Assembly (NCBI RefSeq): GCF_000372725.1 | Contig: NW_005201792.1 | Span: 251,440-315,439 of the forward strand | Source: Emiliania huxleyi CCMP1516 | Taxonomy: Eukaryota | Reading direction: 5' to 3' | DNA length: 64,000 nucleotides | Shown here: positions 45,837 through 56,500 of the stretch, in pieces | How positions within the stretch are numbered: the first letter of the stretch is position 1 | Layout of the letters: the number at the start of each line of letters is the position of its first letter | Program-made: the position numbers and the translations under genes | The notes under the pieces: model-generated | The model's database searches: none | Told to the model about the DNA's origin: nothing | What the model saw: only the letters and a program-made list of their open reading frames with translations

Positions 45837-48800
45837 AACGAGTGCGCGACACGCATGTTGCGAGCAGCGTTGTTGATGTTCTGCGCGTCGCCACGCGCGC
45901 GAGAGCTGTTGCGAGTGGTGCTGGACGAAGCCCCGGGCGCTGCCGGAGGCTGTGGCATAGTCGGTGCGGTCGACGGCGCTCGGGCTGCCGACCTCTTTGG
46001 CGAAGTCGTCGATGATTCTCTTCGGGCGGCGCGAGCCGCCTTGCTTTCACACCCAACGGCGTCCAACGCACGAGGTCAAGATGACGATCGTGTCGACGCC
46101 GTGCGTGGCTCGCCAGAGCACGCACGGCGCACTTGGCTGCGTTGAGGTGCTGGTGCCCGCTGTCGAGGACCTGTGCACCTCGGTTGCTCCTGCGATGTGT
46201 GCTGCGGCGCGGGAGCACTACGTGACCTCGCTAGAATCGGGCGGCACCTGCGACGCGGAGGATTTGGGAGACTTTGGCGAGGGCAGCGGGCTCATGTGGG
46301 GCCTCATCGCCTCGCTCGTCGCGGACGTCGTCATTTCCATCGGGCTCGGCTTTCAGAAAGTCGCTCACAACCGCGTCAATACCCTCCGAAAGGGCCTTCG
46401 GCCACCCGACGACGTCGAGGGGGCCGCTTCGCCCCCGGGTGACGGCAGCGCAGCAGAGCGCCCCGATGTCGCCATCGATCCCGCCGCCGCGCGGAGCCCC
46501 AGCGAGGAGGTGCCGCTGCACCGCCGCACTGCGCCCTCGCCGGCTCACCCGCGGCCGGCCCGCTCCCACCCTCTCAGCTCTCACTCCCAGCCTCACTCCC
46601 CGCCCCACAGGAGAACAAAGGCCCAACCGCCCAGTCCCTCCCCGTCTGGTGGCTCGGGATCCTCCTCACCGTCGGCGGAGAGGCGAGACCCGCCGCGAGA
46701 GATTCGCAGAAATGTGGCGTCCTCGCTCGCGTCCCCCCTCTCCGCATCGCCGTCGACGACGAGCATCCAGAGCCCCCCCGACGGGGAGAGACGGGGGGGC
46801 GGCCCCTCTCCCTCCGAGAGGGGCGACATCGGAGCGATAGGAGACCCAAAGAGGGGGGTCATCGCCGGCACCGCGATCGGCTGCGTCGGCGTCATAGCAA
46901 ACTCCTTCATCGCGACGCTCGTGCTCGGCGAGCCGCTCTCTCGAGACGCCTCCCGAGCACCTCGTCCCCCAGCCCCCTCCTGGTCCCCTGCTGCCCCCCT
47001 CCTGGCTACCTCTAGGCTACCTCGAGGGCCTCCTCTCTCCCCGCTTGCCTCTCTCTCCTCCCAGCTCCCCGCTCTCTCAGCTGCCCCCCCCCCCCCCTCT
47101 CTGGCCAGGCGAACCGCTCCGCGTCCGCGACGTGGTGGGCGGTCTGCTCGTGGTGGGCGGCGTCATCTTGATGGTCCCTCTCACGCGCCCGTCAGAAGCC
47201 TCTCCCCTCGCACACAGCCCGAGCCAGAGCCGCACATTCTTAACGCACAGGTGATCTACGCGCCGCAGCAGCCGTGCGTACTCACGGCGCAGCGCTTCTA
47301 CTGGCTGCTCGGCCAGCCAGCCTCGGTGTGGCGTCGCTCTCCCGCTGCCGCCGGCCAGCCGAGCGGTTTCCAGCCATGGGGTCTCCTCGGCTCTCGCAGG
47401 TTGTGCTGCTCTCGCTGCTGCTCGCCGCCGTGTGCGCGCTCTTCGTGCTCTGCCCGCGCTACGGCCACAGACACGTGCTGTGGAACCTGACGCAGGCGCA
47501 GCAGTAGCCAGTAGTCAGTAGCAGCAGCAGCAGGGTAGTGGTGGTGGTGGTGAACGTGCTGTGGAACCTGACGCAGGCGCCGTCGCCTCCCGGCTCAGCG
47601 CCTCCAGCCCCCGCCCCTCCGGCTCTGGTGATGTGACTGCTGACGGCTGCAGGCCTCGCTGCTTGGCTCGCTGACGGTCCTCTCCTCCAAGGCAGTCCGC
47701 CGCCGCCTCTCCGCGGCTGGCCACTCTGGTGCCTGAGTCGCCGACTCAAAACAACTCTAGGCCGTCTCCACCTTTGTCGGCCTCTCGCTCGGCGCCCTCC
47801 CCTCCTGCCCGAGAGCCAACCCCTCGCTGTTGTCGATGGTTGAGATGGCTCGACCCGCCCGCCACGCCAGGTGCCCTCCTCGACCCGAGCGTGCCTTTCC
47901 TCGACCAAGTCGACTCCACCGTCGACGAGGCGGGCTGCGCCAGCCGGCTGCCCTTCGGGGGCCATTGGGGCGAGGTGAGCACGCGCGCACGCGCGCACGC
48001 ACACGCACGGCTCACGCGCGTTTTACCGGGGGCCTTGCACCACGCCGTCGGCGCTCCTTCCTGCCTCACGATTTGGAGAGGAGGGGCTAGCTCGCCCCCC
48101 GCCCCCCCGCCCCCGCCCCCCTGCCGCACTGCGAGCGGGAGAGGTGTCTCTCCGCCCTCTCTCCCCCACCAGGTGAGCAGGGACGGGCGGCTGGGCTGCA
48201 TCACTGCCCGCCCTCCGGAGGGCGCCATCTGGGACGACAGCGGGCAGATCATCGAGCAGGCGACACCCCCCTCCCCCCCCCCCCTCCCAACGGTCGTTGG
48301 CCCCCTGGGCCCACCACATGGGCCATCATGCACTCCTCCGCGCCGCGGGCTGGCTGCCTCCAGGAGGTTGCGGGGGGATAGCGCACGCCCCTGCACCACG
48401 CAGGCGTGCGGAGAAGCGCACGCCGCCGCCCTCACCCTGACGCCTCTGGGACAGGGGAGCGGGCAGCTCGGCGAGCCCGCCCTCTACCTCTGCCTCTTGG
48501 TCCTCGCCTCGACGGGCGTCGCGCAGGTCAAGTACATCAACGCGGGCATGGCCCTGTTCGGAAACACGCAGGTCATCCCGGTGCACTACGTCACCTTCAC
48601 CTTCTTCTCCATCATGGCGCGACCTCCACTGAGCACCGTCCACCCCGGCCGAGATCCGCCGAGATCCGCCGAGATCCGCCGAGATTAGGCGACCTCCATC
48701 TTCTACCAAGAGTTTGTCGTCGACGAGGCAGTCTACCTCCACTTCTTCCTCGACGGCGCCGCCCCACTTCACCTGGGACGGCTTCGTTGTCAGCCTCGCT

Positions 48801-49442
48801 GCGACTCTGACTCCGCCGAGACTAGGCGCCGCGCTCACTTTCCTCGGAGTCTTCTTCATCACTTCGTCCGCCGACACGATGACTCACCTCGTCGACTCGC
48901 TCATGAACCAGACGCCACTCTACCAACGGCGTGCAGCCTGCGCGCACCTTGCCTTGACTCCTCTCCCATTGCATACCTCAAGGTACATACCCTCTCCCAG
49001 CGTACGGTGATCTGCTGCTCCTGTTGCTAGGCCCCCCCTCTTCGATCCTCCGCCCGATCCGCCTAGCGACCCGCCCCACGGCGACGGGGCGGACGGCAAT
49101 GGCGGCGACCCGGGCGGCGGAGGCTCTCGCAACCAAGCTCCGGCGGCGGGACCCAAGCGCAGGGCGGGCGACACGCGCTTCAAGCCTCTGCGCGAGGAGG
49201 ATGCCGCGCCCCCGCTCTCGCCGGGAGGGCGGGCCATCGTCTCTGCGCCGGCCCGGCTCGACGTGATCGCACCGCAGTCGGCCGTCGGGTCGTTGCGGAC
49301 CTCTCGGTGGCGCGTGGTGCGGCGACGCTTGTTGCGACAGCTCGGCCCCGCACGCGACGGGCTGGCGATCCTCAACGGCGTCGCAGGAGGGCAGACGGCC
49401 ACCTTTCTGTGGAAGGACTCGACGCCACGCCTCCGCGCGTGA
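45834..49442 (+). CDS. NIPA-family magnesium transporter (DMT superfamily), many introns, ends approximate
   Basis: GLIASLVADVVISIGLGFQKVAH, PVWWLGILLTVGGE, GCVGVIANSFIATLVLGE and QVKYINAGMALFGNTQVIPVHYVTFTFFSI motifs. Confidence 0.85.
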
Positions 49443-49735
49443 TAGCGAGATCGGAAGAGGGCAGGGCGCAGGCCAACGCCCAATGGACTCTCCCAGCGGA
49501 CGGACAGGGCGCGTCGGCGGCGCATGTGTGCATAAACTCGCATTTGTGTAGGTGTTGGCGTATAAGCCTATGTGCGGGCGCGTCGCGTGGCGCTCATAAA
49601 ACGAGGGAGAAAGAAGGTTGGGCGCGGATACAGATTATTTTCCGGCGCGCGACGGTTACGTGTTGGCGACACAAACGCCGGGGCGACGTACGGCCCAGCC
49701 CGCGCGACGGTCACGACGGGCCGTGTCTTAACGCT

Positions 49736-50395
49736 ATGACGGCAAAGGGTGGGAGCTCTTTGGATATTGTGCAGGATGCCATTCACCTGCGCTTTGTCGA
49801 CATGCGCCGTGCGTTCCAGAACATCGACATCGACGGCAATGGCAGGCTCTCGGAGGCAGAGGTCCGTGGAGCATTGGACAACTGGAACGCGCCACTCGAG
49901 GAAAAGCAAATCGCGGCCCTCTTCCGCGCTTGCGATCCCGACCAAGATGGCCAGATTGACTACAAAGAGTTTGTGGCCGCACTGGCTCGCGATACTGTTG
50001 CGCCCGAGGCGATGGCGCAGATGCAGAGATGCCAGCCCAAGGTCATGGAGACGCCAACACAGACGCCCGAAGAGATGGCAGCAGCGAGGGCGGCGGCGGG
50101 GATTGCGGCTGTCCGTCCTCCAGAGAGGAACGTCGAGCGCTACCGAAGGCAGAACTTTGACGAGCTGCCTGGCCAGAGATGCAAAGGACCTCTCGAGGCA
50201 CGGCTGGGCGATCCAAAATGCGGAGGACTCGCGAGGCCCGCGACCGCGTATGAGACCTTCTTTGGCGAGCGAAAAGAGGACTCGCCCTCCTCCGTCGCGT
50301 TCCGGGACGCGCGCGCGAAGGCCGATGCACTGAGGGCGAATAGTGAGGACCCGTTCAAGATGGTCAGGGAGCTCGAGGCCCTGCAACGACATTGA
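49736..50395 (+). CDS. Two-EF-hand calcium-binding protein
   Basis: AFQNIDIDGNGRLSEAEV and LFRACDPDQDGQIDYKEFV canonical loops. Confidence 0.9.
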   Translation: MTAKGGSSLDIVQDAIHLRFVDMRRAFQNIDIDGNGRLSEAEVRGALDNWNAPLEEKQIAALFRACDPDQDGQIDYKEFVAALARDTVAPEAMAQMQRCQPKVMETPTQTPEEMAAARAAAGIAAVRPPERNVERYRRQNFDELPGQRCKGPLEARLGDPKCGGLARPATAYETFFGERKEDSPSSVAFRDARAKADALRANSEDPFKMVRELEALQRH

Positions 50396-50568
50396 CTGTG
50401 CAACTGGACTGCAATCTGTTTTCTTGACTAAAACAACAAACGCAACGCACGCATTCACTGACGGGTAAGGAGCGGCTCCTCTCGGATTCTCCATCCTCTC
50501 AGATCTCCTCTCTTGGGGTGGCGTGTGGTGTGTGAAACACGAAACAGAGAGGCGGGGAGGTGGGGTTC

Positions 50569-50742
50569 TGTGAACCTCTCACAGACCAGCGCACAGCGCC
50601 ATAGGACGTATTTTCTTCTCAATAACAAGGCCTGTGAATCTCATAGACCAGCGCGCAGCGCCATATGACGTATTTTCTTCTCAAAATCTAACAAAGGTCT
50701 GCCGAACGTATTTATTTTTTCTCAATAACAAGGCTGTGAACG
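50569..50742. repeat. Tandem ~63-bp repeats equal to one end of the dispersed ~170-bp element
   Basis: CTGTGAA..TCTCA.AGACCAGCGC.CAGCGCCATA.GACGTATTTTCTTCTCAA x2, plus a partial third copy. Confidence 0.85.
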
Positions 50743-51206
50743 CTTAAAGAAAAAACCCAAGAGGGGTGTGGGAGGGCGTGACCCCCCAAAAGCGGTAAAA
50801 AAGCCACAAAAAACCGGCGAGCCATCATGATGCGCGGCCAGCGTGGGAGGATGCCGCCGCTGTCAGAGGCAGTGCGCCGCTGCCAGGTCTCGAGGGCGGG
50901 CCGTGCTGCGGGCGAGCATCTCTGCTTCCGTTGACGAACTCGAGACTGGCCTTCTGAGCAACGATATTCTCGCGTGCTTTGAGGAGGCGCTCGGCGATCG
51001 GCTGCCAGAGATGGGCACGGATGCTGCATCCCGCATGCAGCCGGGCGAGATAGGCGAACGCCGAGAGTGCGGAGGCCGCGCGGCGAGGAGTGGAGGTTGC
51101 AGCAGAGCAGCAGCGGGAACACTCGCTGCTCGCACCGACTGCGGGGCGCGGCGTTGAGCCGGTGCTTCAAACCCTTGAAATAAAGAAACACGCGGCGCCT
51201 AAGGTA

Positions 51207-51632
51207 CCGTAGGGTGCCGAACTTAAGGTAAGGTAGCTTGAGTTAGGGAGCCCTTTTCCTCTTCCCGAACTCCTGTTCTAATGTACCTAACTCCTGCTAC
51301 GTGCTACCCACCTCTCGGTCCAGCCGGACCGGCACACGGGCCACGCGGCCCGCACCACTCTGAGGCCGCATCTCCCTCCTACGCTACGAGCACCTACGCC
51401 TACGCTCGAGTACGAGTGCCTACGCTACTAGATGCCCTACTCCTCCTCCCCCTCCTCCTCCTCCTCACTCGCCGCACCCTCGTCCTACCACGGTCCACGC
51501 AGCGAGGGCCGAGGCGTCGCCGGTACCCAAAAAGAAATCCCCGGTACCGAACTGCTGCTACCCCGTGCCTAACTCAGTGCAAAGCACCGAACCTCACTCA
51601 AGCTACCTTACCTTAAGTTCGGCACCCTACGG
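51207..51632. mobile_element. 426-bp MITE, 41-bp TIRs, TA target duplication (Tc1/mariner-type)
   Basis: TA|CCGTAGGGTGCCGAACTTAAGGTAAGGTAGCTTGAGTTAGG ... CCTCACTCAAGCTACCTTACCTTAAGTTCGGCACCCTACGG|TA (40/41 match). Confidence 0.92.
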
Positions 51633-51655
51633 TAGCGCGCCAGCACGAAACGTAT

Positions 51656-53008
51656 ATGCCGGCCCGCGTCAGCGCCGCGCGCCGCAAGCCGCCGCCTCCG
51701 TCGACGCGCGGCGGCGCCGTCCCTGCAATCATTCGGAAGGCCGCCATGGATGGCCAAGTGGGAGCGGTGCTGGCGTGGCTCGACGGCGGCGGGTGGGTCG
51801 ACGGGACGTTCAAGCACAGCTTTGGTGACGGCTCGTGCACGAGCGGCATGACGCTGCTGATGCTCGCAATGGTCCATGGCCACGTGGAGCTGACCGAGGC
51901 GCTTCTGCGGCGCGGTGCAGATGTCTCGTTGCAGAAGAGCGACGGTGGCACCGTGCTGAGCCTTGCCGCCTCGAATGGCCTCGAGAAGATGGTCGAGCTG
52001 GCATTGCGGCACGGCGCGGAGATCGATCAGAGACGCCGCACGACCGGCGGCACTGCGCTGATGGACGCCGCCTACAAAGGCTACGAGCGGGTGGTCGACA
52101 CGCTGATCCGGCACGGCGCGCAGATCGACCAGCAGGCTTACGACGGCGGCACTGCGCTGACGGCCGCCGCTTATGTCGGACACCCTGTTGTCGTGCGTCA
52201 GCTGCTGCGGGCGGGCGCAGATACGAAGCTGTGCACTAAGCAGCGCAAGACCGCGCTGCAATGTGCCAAGGTGAAGGGCCACGCCGAGTGCGTGCGCGCC
52301 TTCGGGGAGCATGCGGCGGCCGAGAAGGCGGCGGAGAAGGCGGCGAAGGAGGCGGCGTGGGCTGCGGGGGCGGCGGAGAGGGAGGCGCAGAGGGCGGCGG
52401 CGGAGAAGGAGGCGGCGCGGCACGCCGAGGAGCTGCTGGCGGAGGTCGAGGCGGAGAAGCGCGCCAAGGGCAAGAAGGGCAAGAAGAAGAAGAAGAAGGG
52501 CGGCGGGAGTGGCAGCGCTGGGCCGTCGCAGGAGGACGCGCCGCAGGCAGCCGCAGCCAAGCCCGCGCCGTTGGACAAGGCGGGGCTGCTCAAGCTTCTC
52601 GCGGAGCTCCACGAGGACAGGATCCGGTTCGGCATCACGCCGGAGACGTCGGTCGAGGGATTGGCGGAGGCGCTGGGAGAGGCGGCGGGCGAGGCGAGCG
52701 AGGAGGAGGGCGACGAGGAGACGGCGGAGGCGGCCGAGGAGGAGGCCGACGAGGCGGGCGAGGCGAGGGAGGTGGCCGCGGAGGCGCGACGGAAGGCGGA
52801 GGCCGAGGCGGCCGTGGCAGCGGAAGCGGCGGCGGAGGAGGAGGAGGCCGCGGCGGCGGAGGAGGAGGAGGCACTGGCGGCGGCGGAGGCGGCGGCGGAG
52901 GCGGCCGTTGCGGCCGCCAAGGCGAAGCGCGCGGCCCGCACAGCCGCCGCCAGGGCCAGGGCAGAGGCGGCCATGGCGGCAGCAGAGGCGGCAGCAGAGC
53001 TCTCGTAG
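51656..53008 (+). CDS. Ankyrin-repeat protein with Lys-rich NLS-like patch and Ala/Glu coiled-coil tail
   Basis: About 5 ANK repeats (TLLMLAMVHGHVELTEALLRRGAD, TALMDAAYKGY, TALTAAAYVGH) and KAKGKKGKKKKKKG. Confidence 0.9.
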   Translation: MPARVSAARRKPPPPSTRGGAVPAIIRKAAMDGQVGAVLAWLDGGGWVDGTFKHSFGDGSCTSGMTLLMLAMVHGHVELTEALLRRGADVSLQKSDGGTVLSLAASNGLEKMVELALRHGAEIDQRRRTTGGTALMDAAYKGYERVVDTLIRHGAQIDQQAYDGGTALTAAAYVGHPVVVRQLLRAGADTKLCTKQRKTALQCAKVKGHAECVRAFGEHAAAEKAAEKAAKEAAWAAGAAEREAQRAAAEKEAARHAEELLAEVEAEKRAKGKKGKKKKKKGGGSGSAGPSQEDAPQAAAAKPAPLDKAGLLKLLAELHEDRIRFGITPETSVEGLAEALGEAAGEASEEEGDEETAEAAEEEADEAGEAREVAAEARRKAEAEAAVAAEAAAEEEEAAAAEEEEALAAAEAAAEAAVAAAKAKRAARTAAARARAEAAMAAAEAAAELS

Positions 53009-53506
53009 CTCTCACACCTCACGGGAGACGCGCCTTGCTGACACTGTTGTACACTGTTGCGTGGTTGGGACCCCCCCTGTGGAGCGAGCACGGGCCCCCA
53101 TTTTGTGTTCTACTTACTGTACGGGCCGTGTGTCTCCAGGCCGGACGCGACTGTGTCGACCCAGGTCCCTGTATCGGTCTGTGTGTCTGACATGGACACA
53201 CTGCAAAATCGCCTTGTGCATCTCGCCAGCAGCTCTGAGGACCCGTTTATTGGCCGTTTGTCATTTGTACAGAGCAAATATAGAAAACCTGAGCAGGGCT
53301 GCGGCCTGCGCCGCCGCCGTATGTGGGCCAGTGCCACTGTCGCGTGCTCCCTCGAGACCCGGTCCCCTGCGCACGTGCACCCCCCCCAGCACGCAGCGAC
53401 ACGAGCAAGTAGCCCCCCCCCCCCCCCTCTCCCTCTCTCTCTCCCAGCTCCCCAACGCGCTTTGCTCCCCTGCCCTCCCGCCAGCGCAGCACTAGACAAG
53501 CAGCCT

Positions 53507-56500
53507 TCAGATCGAGGCCATGGCCTGCTGCGCGCGCGCCTTTTTGAACTGCGAATACATGTAGTAGGCGCCGCCCCAGATGAGGATGTTCCCCGAGCCG
53601 AGCACGGCGAGCACGAGGAGCACCTTGCCGAGCGACATGATGGCGGGCATCGCGTCGGCGGGCGTGAGCGCCTTCGCCTCGTCGAGCATGGCGCGGAAGA
53701 TCGGGGGCGCGAAGATTGCGACGCAGAGCCGGTCCCACACAAAGGTGCCTAGGATGGAGATGCCGACGAGGGTCATCAGCTTGTAGCGGAAGGCGTCGTT
53801 CGGCATTGGCTCCAGGTGGATGAGCTCGTTGACCTCGGGGAAGATGCCCCACGCGCAGACGGCGCAGCCGGCGACGGTCGCAAAGACGGAGAGGAAGAGG
53901 GGGTGGTTCTCGGAGATGCCCTTCATCCAGGGCCTCCCCTTGTAGTTGACGAGCAGCACGCCGATGCACTGCGCCGTCTCGACGAGGAAGACGCACGTGT
54001 TGAGCAGGTTGGGCATGAAGGGCGTCGTCCACAGCGCCATCGCCTGCGCCATGTAGTCGCCCTCCTCCGAGGCGGCTTGCTGCGCCTCCTCCTTCAGCTC
54101 GCGCAAGCGCTCGCGCCGGAAGAACTCGACGACCTCCTGCAGCCGCTCGGGGCCCATCTCGTCGCGCGCCATGTTGACGGCCGCGCGCATCGCGAAGAGG
54201 TGCAGCACCGCCTGCCCAAACATCGAGAAGAAGATGGCCGGGTGGAAGAGCGACCGGAGCGGCCGCTGCGGGTGCATCTGCTGGATGGGGGTGGCGTACG
54301 AGAAGGCGAGCTGCGCAATCATGAGCAGCCACGAGGAGGCGATCATCTGCCGCTCCGACGAGCGCGCGCCCTCGAGCGAGAGCGCCGACAGCACGTACGC
54401 CGAGATGAGGCTCTCGAGCATCATGATCTGCTGCTGCTGCAGCGCGGAGAGCAGCGTGCAGCGGCCCTGCCGCACCAGGTCGACGATGTTGCGCACCGAC
54501 GGCGAGCGCGACGTGAAGGGCGCGGCGACCGAGGCGTCACCCGGCCGCACCATCGGCAGCTCGTTGGTCCCCTCGCCCATCTCGGCGGTCAGCTTCTCGA
54601 TGGTGTCCTTCTTGTCGAAGACGTTGCCGTGGACGGCCTGCAGCCGGCGCCTCTCCTCCATCATCTCGCGCTGCACGCGGGCGAGGGTCGCCTTCATGAT
54701 GCGCATGTGCCCCATCACGCCCAGCTGCTCGCCACGCGCCTCGGCCGCCGCGATCTCCTCCTTGATCCACTCCTGCTGCTTCGCCTGCAGCTCCTTCTGC
54801 TTGGCCTTGAGCAGGTCCGACTGCACCTTGCTCGCCTGCGCCTGCTTGAGCGCGAGCGTCTTTGCCGACTGGTTGAGCGCCTCCTCCGCCTTGTTGCCCG
54901 CCGCCGGCTTGCCAGACCCCTTGTCGGCCGCCGCCTCGCCGCCAGCCGCCGCCTCGCCGCCCTCGCCCGTCGTGTTCATGTCGCCGTAGCCCGAGAGCAG
55001 CGCCAGCCCGATGTCGGCCTGCTTGAGCGCGCCGCAGTCGTTGCCGCCGTCGCCGCACATGACCACCTTGCGCCCGTTGCGCTCCTGCAGCATGCGGATC
55101 ACCTTGGCCTTGCCCGGGGGCGACATGCGCGCGAACACGCGCAGCGCGTCCAAGTGCGACCAGATGGCGTCGTCCTGCTCGGCCGCCTCCTCGATGGAGC
55201 CGTCCGTCGCCATCAGCTCGTACTTGTCGGCGAGGCCGCGCATCTCCTCCGCGCGGAAAGGCGCCACCGTGGCGTCCGACGCGCCCGTGGCGGCGACCCA
55301 GCGCGGCCCGCCGCCGGCGCTGTCGGTGCGGAGCAGCAGCGCCGGCTTGTCGGGCGAGCAGATGCGCACCTCGCGCGCGACGTGCAGCGCGGTGAGCGGC
55401 GCGTCGCCGGTGAGCATCGACACCTGGTGCGCCGAGTCGAGCAGCGCGCCGACGACCATCGGCGAGTCGCCGCGCGTCTTGCACGCAAAAGCGATGAAGC
55501 CGGCGAAGGCCAGGTCCGCCTCCGCCTCCTCGCGGGGCAGCGCGCTCGCGCTCCCGTCCGACTCGACCTCGCACACCTGCCGGCGCGAGGGGGGCATCTA
55601 GGAAGTGTCTAGGAAGTGTCTACGAGTGTCTCCGACTCGACCTCGCACACCTGCCGGCGCGAGGGGGGCGGGCATCTCGCGCTCTCCCCCTCTCTCCCTC
55701 CCTCTCCCTCCCTCCTCGTCCCCTCCCTCTCCCTCCCTCCTCGTCCCCTCCCTGCCCCCCTTCCTCCGCGCACCTTGTACGCGAGGGCGAGCACGCGCAT
55801 CCCTCGCTCCGCGAGGCCGCGGTACACCTCGGCGTACCACGCCGGCTCGCCGCCCGACCGCAGCAGCATGCGGACGGCCTCGGGCGAGCCCTTGACGAGC
55901 ACGCGGTAGGCAGTGCCGCCCGAGCGCTGCGTCACCTTTGTGATGGTCGACATGCGCTGCAGCGCCGACGAGAAGTGGTGCCGGTGCACGATCCGCACCG
56001 CCGTCACCGGGCAGCGCGCCTTCGACTCCTGCACGCGCTTCAGCTCCGCCTGCGCCTTGGCGAGCTCGCCCTTGAGCGCCTCGAGCTGCTTGCCCGAGAC
56101 GGGCGCCGCCGATCCCGCCGCCGCCACGGCGCCCGCCCCCGCCGCCGGCGCCGGCGCCGCCTCGATCCGCTTCTTGAGAGCGCCGATCGCGCGCTCGAGC
56201 GGCTCCGAGTCGCCCGGCTTTGCCGTCTGCGAGGGGGCGTCGTACCTCCACCCGATCCCCTCCAGCGCGGCCGTCTCGATCGGGTCGCCCACGAGCTTGG
56301 AGCCTACGCGGAAGGTCGCGGCAAGGCTGAGGGGCGGCCTGGCCTCCCGCGATCGGGTCGCCCAACGGCGCAGGAGCCTTCGATGGCGACGAGGGAGTGG
56401 CAGCCCGCGAGCACCACCGCGCAGTCGGGCGACGCGTCGACGACGGGCCGCTGCTGCGGCGGCTTGGCGGATGCGCCCGCGCCCGCGTCGAGGATGCCGA

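Noticed and set aside
53816..55612. Long ORFs antisense to or overlapping real genes (also 11724..13097, 16694..18040, 30080..31915, 38218..39549, 52311..53495)
   Set aside because: These are shadow ORFs caused by very high GC3 and stop-codon scarcity. They have Arg/Ala/Pro-rich translations with no motifs.
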